NCBI GenBank assembly: GCA_051362555.1
Contig: CM120648.1
Coordinates: 18,038,587 to 18,102,586 of the forward strand
Direction: 5' to 3'
From: Lingula anatina
Lineage: Eukaryota; Animalia; Brachiopoda
DNA length: 64,000 nucleotides
Position numbers and translations under genes: made by a program. The number at the start of each line of letters is the position of its first letter. The first letter of the stretch is position 1. This document shows, in pieces, positions 25,236 through 35,097 of the stretch. The notes under the pieces are model-generated. The model saw only the letters and a program-made list of their open reading frames with translations, did no database searches and was not told the origin of the DNA.

Positions 25236-25914
25236 ATGTTCATTCAAGAAAATAAACCATTGTATAAGTTTATTTCAGATATGGATGATCTAGACATGCT
25301 AGATGAAGCTTGTTTTGTCCCGGATTATAATGACACTGATTTGGTGGAAGATCCTACTGTCCTAATTGGTGAAGAGGGGGAGGAAGTTACCCACTCAAAG
25401 TGCAGAAGGAAGAAACAGAGGAAAGAAGTTCAGTGTGGTTTGTGTCTGGTGTCCAGTGCTGACTTGAGTAGACATTTTGGACATCACGTGAAATCTGTTC
25501 ATTTGCCGTGGTATATGACTCCAGGATTGGTGTGCTGGTATTGCAGATCAATGGAAAAGGACAATTCGCTTTTGCGTAAACATCATGGTGATGTTCATTT
25601 GTACGGAACTGGTGAATTCGAGGAAAAAACTGTGGATCCAGTTGGTGAATGGATTTATACATTTCCTGATATTAACATTAAATATGAGAAATATATGGGA
25701 GCTGATGGACTATGTGAAAAGTGAAGGACTAATAATGTTGCCAGATAACTGTTCCAAGGAGGACATTAACTTTGTGAAAATATACATTCATGGAAATGGT
25801 ATAGAGCATAAGACTGAGATTCTGAATCCTTTGTTGACTTTGTTTCACTGGAGAACTTTGTTTCATCTGTTACAAAAACTTTCATCAGAGGATCGTGAAC
25901 TCAGTAGTCATTAG
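25236..25914 (+). pseudogene. third ORF of LTR element, Cys/His-rich, one frameshift
   Basis: CGLC...HHVKSVHLPWY...CWYC...KHH, continuing in the next frame as LWIQLVNG...LFHWRTLFHLL; lies between pol and PPT. Confidence 0.6.
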
Positions 25915-26330
25915 TATCGGCGGATGGAATTTACTTTGCTATATGGATAAAAAATGAACTATATAATGATTTGACATTTCACATTGACATTGTTATCATT
26001 ACTAATGTTGTTTTGAGCAACTTTGAGTTAAAATCACTTTGTTTGCTTTTAAAGTTGATTTAAAGTGATAATGGATTTAAAACTTTGTTTTGCATTCCTA
26101 AGGATGGACATTTATGCTGAGATATGGACTTGATTGACTTTGCTTGTGTTAAAGTTTAATGTTGAATCTTGGCATAACAATAATGACTTATTTGCATTAT
26201 TTGCTTATTTTAAATGTAAAGTAAGATTTCATTTGTTGTATTATAATAATAGTTGAATTGTAGTAATTGTTAGTTTAACAATTTAAAGTAATTGTTTATA
26301 TTGTAATAATAGGGGGGAGTTTTGTTCGTC

Positions 26331-26344
26331 AAAAGGGGGGAGAG
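26331..26344 (+). promoter_or_regulatory. polypurine tract
   Basis: AAAAGGGGGGAGAG abutting the 3' LTR. Confidence 0.9.
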
Positions 26345-26743
26345 TGTGACGATGTAGTGTGTTAGTTGAGATTATTTTATATTGCTACCGGTAGATGTCT
26401 CTGTAAGTAAAGTGTTGTCCGGTGCGCAAGTTTGAATCTCTCCCTTGATTGGTAACCTAAAGGTAAAACTGTTCACTGTATAGTTGGTTCTGATTGGTAA
26501 ACGTGTACTATCTGAACTTGTATATAAGGTGTAACGTGAAATAAATCGGTCTCTTTGGCCTTTTTGCTCTTAGCGGCTGTCTTTTGCTCTTCTCTTGGGG
26601 CTGATCTCTTTGGCTTCTTTGCAGCTGACTTTGCAGCTCTCTTGGTTCTTTTGGTCTTTCTTATCTGTGCTTATACTCTGAGACACCAGTAAGTACATTG
26701 TTATTTGTACCTTCATAAGGCACTCGGCCGCGAAGGCGTAACA
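26345..26743 (+). repeat. 3' LTR
   Basis: Direct repeat of 19773-20171. Confidence 0.97.
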
Positions 26744-27548
26744 AACCTCACTCGCACCCCAGTCTTACTTCAAAGTTGCACATGTCACCTCGACCACGTA
26801 AATGATTGTGTGCGATTTTGTGCTTCAAAAATTACTCTCACAAATGCCTGTTACCTTTTTCATTAAAGAATATCGGTTAAAATGTTGCAGTCCACGTACA
26901 TTTGAAGGAAACGACCGTTAAGTACACAGCAATGTCGATCTCGTCGATGCCATATTGAAACACGTGCGTATTTATGGCTCAGTGTTTACATCCAGGTTCC
27001 GGATATAGATGCAAAGCGCGCGCAATATTTAAATTATCTTTGACTGACAAGTGAGGAAGTCTCAAATAGCGGTATAAAAAAGCGCTCAAAAACATCATAG
27101 GGAAGAAATTTATGAGTTTGTTGTGAGCAGACATGTAAGTTAGGTATATTTGAACACCACCAACCTATTTTAATGAGGAAAATCAGCGAACTTTTCGTTA
27201 AAATCTGAGCACGTATGGGCCTTTAATAAACATTCAAATATTTCTCTCATGATAAAAATTTCTACTTTCTATCAAAATCTTGTCACAAAAAAAAAAAAAA
27301 AAAAAAAAACTTACAGCAACAGATCCAACCTTCATCTTTACTCCACTTAGACCTAGGCACTAACCTAGGGGCCTATTTCATATTTCTGAACCACACACAG
27401 TGATGGAGCATTGTTTTTCCATAATTGTCCACAGTTTTTAGAATATCTGAAATTCCTTAATTCATTTTTCTTGAAGTTATTTACTAAATCTCCGAATACT
27501 TATACAAAACCAGGAATAATCCTAGTCTTGTGAAGTCAAAGTTTCAAG

Positions 27549-27998
27549 GGCTGCCATTTTTCTGTCTGTGTGTCTTTATATACTTCCGTTTTCCAATTTT
27601 CATTTCCAAAATGAAAATCAGAAAAACGAACTGACTTCCGTTTTTCCATTGAAACTATAATGGCAAAAAATGAACATGTTTCGATACTTCATTTCTTCAC
27701 AGAAGGAGAAAAGGACGTATTTTCTGATATATTTCACTCTCTTGACATGGGAAAACAGTGGATGTTTCTATGTTCTATCACGTTTGGAAATCTGTCGTTT
27801 TTTGTTTTTTTATGTCATAAAAAAGTAGAAGAAACAAAAAAATAATCTCGTTTTTCCATTTTTCATTTTAAAAGGAAAAACGAAAATCGAGGTTGATTTT
27901 CCATTTCATTTTGACAATTTATCAAATGAAAAGGAAAAACGGCCGTTTTTTCATTTTCTGACGAAATGGAAATCACTTTGCCCCCCTATACACGGACC
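27549..27998 (-). repeat. right arm of ~450-bp inverted repeat
   Basis: Reverse complement of 11665-12120, diverged in the middle. Confidence 0.8.
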
Positions 27999-29823
27999 TG
28001 ACCCCCTCTCCTTCGGTTTCTGAAAAAAAAAATCACACTTAATATTACCCTTTTGAAATGAGATTTTTAAGTTGCTGATTTATAGTTCTTAACCGTTCCA
28101 AAAGGCACCGTTTGGCATTCAAAACACCAAAATATTTTGGGGCCCTTCAGTGGCCCCCAGCCCCACCACAAGGGGGCTGAGGGTCGGCTTCGAATCCGAG
28201 GCCTGTCATTTGTAAAAGACACTGTCACCCCCTTCAAATCCTGGATCTACCCCTGTCTAACCACCTGTATAATGCGTTCAGGAGACAAAATGGTATCTTC
28301 TTTGTAAAATTGTTTGGCAAATATGCTTAGGCGGGGATGTTTTTTGTTCTTTATCCTTTACCATCTACGCCACAGATCAAACTTGAATGGAGTCATTAGG
28401 TAATCCGGCATTGCGGCATGAATGGCATACTTCTAAGCAATTTTTTTTCAAAAGTCACGTCGCCCTTATCACTATCAGTGATCTCTCAGTAATCTTTCTT
28501 GAAATTAGAATTTTGGTCAGCTGATTCATAGTTCTCAACCGTACCAAACGGCACCGTTTGCCCCCAAAACACTCCACGGAGGCCGAGAGTCGGCTTCTTA
28601 TCGGAGGCTTGTCATTCCTAAAAAAAGCGATCACGTAAGATTGCCACCTGACATTTGGGTGCCTTGTGGCCTGTGAAAGGGAATACCCCCCCCCCCCCCC
28701 CCCCCGCCCCAGGACGAATAACCTGTAAAAACTCGGCAAAGTGGTACGGTAAACAGTAGCGGATTTAGGGGGTGTCAAGTGGTTCCTGACCCCCTTCGAT
28801 TTCTGGAAAACATCAAACCAATGGTCCTCTCTTGAAATTAGAATTTTGACAAACTGAATCATAGTTATAAACCGTACCAAATGGCACCGTTCGCCCTCTA
28901 AAATACCAAAAATTTTCAGGTCCCTTCAACGGGCCCCAGACCACAGTCCAAAGGAGGGGGGGCGTCGGCGTTGCATCCGCGGACCCCCCCCCCCCCCCTC
29001 TCAAAAATCCTGGGTCTGCCCCTGTCCGACACCCATATTCTTTCTTAATTATATCATGCTAGTTTCCAGAATTTGACTCTCGATTTATACCGCTCACTTA
29101 GCAGGTGACAAGATGATACAACGATTAGCACAGCATTTATATAAGTAATGGATTAAGACAGACATGGAGTATTCGTTATATTTAATGATATATTCACACA
29201 TGGAAAAGTGTATCAATATTTTTGGGCAACAGTGTATTTCTTGTTACGTTTTATTAAACTTTATTATTGTGTTTTCAGATCTGAGGGAAATTATTTCCAC
29301 GAACATGATTTCTCGCTTAAGAGAGTTATCTTAGGTGGTAGTGACGTTAGAAAGCCATCTCCGTGCGATTTATTGAAATATCCCCTCTAACAACGCAGAT
29401 TTTGCTCTCAGCGGTATCGGTTATCTGGACAACATATTGTAAAACAGTTTTCACAAAATTTGATAAGGGTGGTTCAAAGGAAGGAAAGAAATGATTACAA
29501 ATTAAACAGGCTCTCGATCTTGTATTCTCTTATGCTTCATTACCATTTACATTTTGGTGAAGGTTTGCATTCAATTGTGGGGAGATCTGGAGTTTCATTG
29601 GTTTAATTGAGAAATACAGGATGAGGGTAAACTGTGCGTAGTCTTCAGTAGTAAAACTGGGATATTAAATAAAAAGAATAAAAAAACGACATACACGTTA
29701 CCAGAGGAAAGTAGCCTGCAAGTTTGGTTCTTCTCCACCCCCTCTCTCTCCGTTTCTCTCCCTTTATCTTACTCTCTCCCTTTCCCCCTCAATATCTCCC
29801 TCTCTTTTTCTCTCTGTGAGTAC

Positions 29824-29863
<40 letters not shown>

Positions 29864-30915
29864 CACTGTTAAAGGGTGTATTTCACATGTACAGTATATG
29901 TACACAAAATATTGTTTTAAAACGCCTTAGGTTGTACATGTACTGTGCATAGTAATTGTACAATAATTTTACAGTGGCTGATTTCTTTACTACATGTACA
30001 GTAGCTTTTGTAATCAACGTGTTCAAATAAACAAAAAATAGTTTAGTTTTAGTACAATTTTGTTCAATTTTCTTTTTTTTTAACCGAAAAACGTCATTAG
30101 TTGACACCATCCCGGACCCAGAACCAGAGATTTTCTACAGTAAGTCGTAACTTAATCAGTTGAATTGTTTCCAAATATGTAGGAAACTTGTTTATACACA
30201 TGAATGACACAAAACACACACACACAGAGAAATAATAAAAATTAAACGTTCACTCGAGAAAAATGTTGGACCTTAAGTATGATCTCAAAATCATGGCGAT
30301 AGTCGATCTTTACATCTACATGTATTTAACATACTTGTACAGTGTATCCACTCATTTTCTACCGTGTGATACTATCGAAAAAACTTGCCAAATTAAATCA
30401 TTATAAAACCATAATAATGGCCGTAGCGGGATCTCGCGGCTTCGCAGCCTAATGCTAAAGACACAGTTCACTCCAGGGAAATGACAACGCTGGAGAAGGC
30501 GGAGCCAATTTGAAGGCGTGTCATTGGAAGAGTTATGTACTGGGAGGGTGATTTAGTAAAAGGGCAAGTCACTGGAAAAGGGTCAGTCGCTTAAATAAGC
30601 AATTCACAGGAGGGATGAGGTGATTGCACATTTAGTTTTCATCATTTGTCTGTTTTATTATTGTGACATTCATTTTAGCTGAGCCTATAGTGTCTGAGTT
30701 GTAGAACATGTCATTTGCTTGATATGTTAATATCTGTGTCACTGTGATTGGATTATATGAGGAATCACAAGTTTTGAATAATTTCAAAGCAGTTCTTAAC
30801 AAATAAGAACTGTGCTTACAGTGCAGTTTATATAAAAGGGAGTATGTTTTCTATAGGTAAATGATGCATCAGGTTAAAATTATTGTCAGATGGTACCTTT
30901 TATTTCCTTTTACAG

Positions 30916-31017
30916 GTTGGTGTGTGGGTTTGGCGGTGCTCTGTTCATTTATTTCCACAGGAAAATTATCCACTTTATACGAAAACAGAGGAAATTGTCC
31001 TCCTTTCTCCAGAAGAA
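30916..31017 (+). CDS. CLCN2: ClC exon A
   Basis: tacag|...|gtaagt; LVCGFGGALFIYFHRKIIHFIRKQRKLSSFLQK. Confidence 0.93.
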
Positions 31018-31474
31018 GTAAGTACCAGTTACAACAGGAGTCATCCACTGTATGTGACTTACAAGAGAGTAATTATATGACGGTGTATAGTACAAGTAAG
31101 TAGCAGTTACAACAGGAGTCTTCCACTGTATGTGACTTACAAGAGAGTAATTATATGACGGTGTATAGTACAAGTAAGTACCAGTTACAACAGGAGTCAT
31201 CCACTGTATGTGACTTATAAGAGAGTAATTATATGACGGTGTATAGTACAAGTAAGTACCAGTTACAACAGGAGTCATCCACTGTATGTGACTTACAAGA
31301 GAGTAATTATATGACGGTGTATAGTACAAGTAAGTAGCAGTTACAGCAGGAGTCATCCACTGTATGTGACTTACAAGAGAGTAATTATATGACGGTGTAT
31401 AGTACAAGTAAGTAGCAGTTACAACAGGAGTCATCCACTGTATGTGACTTACAAGAGAGTAATTTTATGACAGT
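31016..31474 (+). repeat. 78-bp minisatellite (~5.8 copies) containing the exon A donor
   Basis: AA|GTAAGT recurs every 78 bp from 31018. Confidence 0.95.
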
Positions 31475-31784
31475 GCAACTGATTTGCACATGTATGTCAC
31501 ATACAATAGACCACAAGTGTTTGTAGAGCTGCCTCAAGCATTTATAGGATGATTACACTTGTATTTTGCTTACAACACAGTGAAGCATGTTAATAAAGAT
31601 GAGCAAGCAATTATTCCATTGTTGCTAACAGTAAATGTTTTTATGATTGTTATCACATAAGGAAATGTTTGGGATAATTATGTGAAAAGGACATAGTGAA
31701 GATACCTTTTATTAGCATTCAGTTTATTCCCATTTTTTGTGTGATATAATGTGTTGTAAATATGATGTGTTTTATTTATTTCAG

Positions 31785-31875
31785 TCGATTCATCTATCCA
31801 ACTGTGATACATGTAACATTTTTGATATCCACTCTATCCTTCCCCCTGGGGCTGGGGCAGTATACAGCTGGAATG
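31785..31875 (+). CDS. CLCN2: ClC exon B
   Basis: ttcag|...|gtaggt; RFIYPTVIHVTFLISTLSFPLGLGQYTAGM. Confidence 0.9.
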
Positions 31876-32013
31876 GTAGGTATCATGGGGGGTGGGGGTG
31901 TTATCCTTTCCTCTGGGGTTTGGGCAGTATACAGCTGGAATGGTACGTATCATGGGGGTGGGGGTGTTATCCTTTCCTCTGGGGCTGGGGCAGTATACAG
32001 CTGGAATGGTATG
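31835..32013 (+). repeat. 66/67-bp repeat (3 copies of exon B 3' end and donor)
   Basis: GCAGTATACAGCTGGAATG|GT at 31876, 31943, 32009. Confidence 0.93.
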
Positions 32014-32229
32014 TTTTCTAGAAACATTTTTCACAAGACTAGGAAGCAAACATATGATTAGTTTGTCCGATTTACCAACACAACTTACCAAACACCTCTT
32101 TCCTGCATTAGTAATAGATACATCAAAATGTACAGAGATTATACTGCTGTGGGCATAAGTCACTTTCCACAACTCATGACAGTCCATCTGTCCATTCAGT
32201 TCTCATGGAGAAATTTAATGTACTTTCAG

Positions 32230-32388
32230 TTAACTCACCGAGAAGCTGTGAATGAGTTGTTTAGTAACTTCACATGGTCCACGAGGGAAGCAGAGAACTT
32301 AGATCTGGACCAACTAGAGGTCCTCAGTCACTGGAATCACCCGGACACCAGCGTCTACGTCACAATGACTTTGTTTATTATTATACAG
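32230..32388 (+). CDS. CLCN2: ClC exon C
   Basis: ttcag|...|gtgaga; LTHREAVNELFSNFTW...VYVTMTLFIIIQ. Confidence 0.92.
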
Positions 32389-32574
32389 GTGAGATTTACT
32401 CTTTGTATGAGAAGACCAAACATCAACCCCAGTCTAATTGTATGAAGATTTTAAGAGTTGGCAATTTGAAAATTTGTCTGTTATAACCTAACTTTAAAAT
32501 ATGCCATGTGTCTCTGTAATACTTAAATTTTTTGGTATATATAAATAATTTTGAATGGTTGTGCACTGATTTCA

Positions 32575-32981
32575 GTTGTACAGAGTGATCTCACACAAAC
32601 AGTTTACTTATAATAATAATGGATTACATTTGTTTTCAGTTTGTGTGATCTTTCAGGTTCAGTAAGGTACAGTGTAATAATGGAATGTTGTATAGAGTGA
32701 TCTCACACAAACAGTTTACTTATAATAATAATGGATTACATTTGTTTTCAGTTTGTGTGATCTTTCAGGTTCAGTAAGGTACAGTGTAATAATGGAATGT
32801 TGTACAGAGTGATCTCACACAAACAGTTTACTTATAATAATAATGGATTACATTTGTTTCTAGTTTATGTGATCTTTCAGGTTCAGTAAGGTACAGTGTA
32901 ATAATGGAATGTTGTATAGAGTGATCTCACACAAACAGTTAACTTGTAATAATAATGGATTACATTTGTTTCCAGTTTGTG
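32575..32981 (+). repeat. 112-bp minisatellite (~3.6 copies) containing the exon D acceptor
   Basis: tttgtttyyag|TTTRTG with the acceptor G at 32639, 32751, 32863, 32975. Confidence 0.93.
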
Positions 32982-33045
32982 ACAGCTGCTTTGGCTGGTT
33001 CTCTCCCCATTCCTGCTGGAGTGTTCATTCCTGTCTTCACTATAG
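32976..33045 (+). CDS. CLCN2: ClC exon D (GxFxP selectivity motif)
   Basis: FVTAALAGSLPIPAGVFIPVFTIG; gtaagt donor. Confidence 0.95.
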
Positions 33046-33287
33046 GTAAGTTGTGTCATCATTTCACCACTTACTGTTGCCTTGTCAACTATTCCCCATG
33101 CTGCAGACTGCGCAATTACATATTAAAGGAAAGCTTTTTTAATAACATTTCATTTTGTTTTGTTGTGTTTGTTAAAATTGATAACATGACTGTTCAGCAG
33201 TAGGTATGAGCAGTTTGAGTTCAGGTACATTGATAATTCTTTATTCATTTGAATAATTTTCATCATCCTTGGATAATCTACTAATTA

Positions 33288-34740
33288 ATTGTACCACCAG
33301 CGTTAGCGCTGGCGGTACACATGGTTTTAGTCCCGTCCGGTCCATTCCGCCGGCTCCTGCGGCTCCGCCGCCATGTTACCGTTACCCCTTCTCCTCCTAG
33401 ACGGTAAGGGCCCCCATACCCATCTCTTAGATTTAGGTCACCTATAATCTCAACTCGTTCCACGTAAAATTTGGGCTTTGTCGGTATTGGGGTCTAGGTG
33501 TGGCACTCATTGCAATGCACCCTTGTCCAAAAATGGCAAAATTAAATGCTAATTATCTACCCTATGGAAGGAATTATGGGAAAAATTTCTACAGACGGCT
33601 TTCCAAAAGTCATATGTGTAGATTTCAAATATGCCCTTGGATTTGACCTTTGACCTTTATTTCAAGGTCAAACGGGCAAAATTTTCAAAAAAATGAATTT
33701 TTTTACGAAAAAAAAAATTTATTTGCGCTGTTATTCAGACACCACACAGACTTAACCAATAATATTATTGGAAGATGTTACCCTTCAGGTCATCTTTCAT
33801 ATCCGTAAATTTGGGGTCAATCGGTGCATTTTCACGGGAGTAGCGGCCATAAGATACCGAAACTGAAAACTGTCTCTAATTCAGGAACCGTTAATGCTAG
33901 AGACCCATTCTTTTTTGCATTTTGTAGAGCATGTAAAGCCCAACACTGAAGGTGGTCTCCGTTTTTTTGTATTCCATACGGTTTTCGAGTTACGCTGTAT
34001 CAAAAAGTACATATTGGTGGTGAAAGCAAAATGTGCAGTACGGTAATGGATAATAAATTTTGAACTCTGGAAAAATAAAACATAAGGCTTGGCAAAGCAG
34101 ACAACTTGTGGTAAAAAATGACATTATTTCATCAAATTTGAACTTCTGGAACTTCAGAGCACCTCCCATTTCAAGAATTTTGACCAAAATGACCTTTTCT
34201 TTATTTTAATTAATTTTTTCTGTAGGAAATTTATGGCACATTAAGGTAACTCCGAAATTATAACATTTAGTCCCTTATATCTCCAAAACTGGCAGAGATA
34301 GGTCCATAGTTGCTATTGAAGTTGAATAGGAAGTCATATACTGGCAATCTAAGTGTGACCTTGAAATTGACCTTTGACCTACTTATAATCATGAACTGAA
34401 CTCTGCTAATTTCTTTCTCTTTTAACTCCAAACCTGGCAGAGATAGGTCCATAGTTACTATTGAAGTTGAATAGGAAGTCATATACTGGCAATTTACTGT
34501 GACCTTGAAATTGACCTTTGACCTACCTTACGATGAACTTAACTTTGATTGTACCATTTTAAGTTATATATATTTTTTGCGTATTTTGAAAATTCTTGTT
34601 GATTGCATTTTTATACCTTGTCAAGCATAAGACTGGTGGCTGTGTCCCTTATTTTGTGTATGTGGGGGTCTATACGAATGCGCTTGCTCCAGCTGGTGGT
34701 ACAATATTCGGAGGCGGTATCGCCTCTCTGATCCTCTAGT
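33288..34740 (+). mobile_element. non-autonomous Helentron/HINE-like element, copy 1
   Basis: Subterminal IR TTGTACCACCAGC / GCTGGTGGTACAA, 3' hairpin GAGGCGGTATCGCCTC, CTAGT end, T-rich site, ~2 internal 146-bp units. Confidence 0.8.
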
Positions 34741-34986
34741 TATATATGGGTGGTGAATTTAAAAATGATGCAAATGAAAGAGAATTTTAATAATTATGCT
34801 GTTCCATGAAAAGTTGAACTTGAAAAGCACTGACCTTGACCTACAGAAACCTGTCCACTCTGGTCTCACAGTGTCACACCTGAAGATCGTGACAGCTGTT
34901 GTTGTGGCTGAATGCCCATTTTCCTTCACTATGCTGCCATCTTCAGATTAAAATTAGCTAAGAGAATGTTCCTTAATTATTCCCAG

Positions 34987-35097
34987 GTGCTGCCTTTGGT
35001 CGTCTTGTAGGAGAGTGTTTGGCTACGTGGTTCCCCAGTGGAGTGAGGATGGGGGATCAGGTGTCTCCTATAGTCCCTGGAGGATATGCTGTAGTAG
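34987..35097 (+). CDS. CLCN2: ClC exon E
   Basis: cccag|...|gtgagt; [37 protein letters not shown]. Confidence 0.93.

Larger units (their letters stand above)
19773..26743 (+). mobile_element. young Ty3/Gypsy LTR retrotransposon, non-autonomous (no RNase H/integrase)
   Basis: Two 399-bp TG..CA LTRs, 4-bp TSD AACC (19769-19772, 26744-26747), PBS, PPT, gag and pro-RT ORFs. Confidence 0.97.
15501..27222. mobile_element. Kolobok DNA transposon relic, internally deleted, with nested insertions
   Basis: TTAA at 15497-15500 and 27223-27226; TIR AGGCACATACGTCCTCAG / AGGCCCATACGTGCTCAG; two convergent decayed spliced genes inside. Confidence 0.8.

Noticed and set aside
29270-29500. Candidate upstream ClC exon after an acceptor-like ttttcag
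   Set aside because: Stops in all frames and no ClC similarity.
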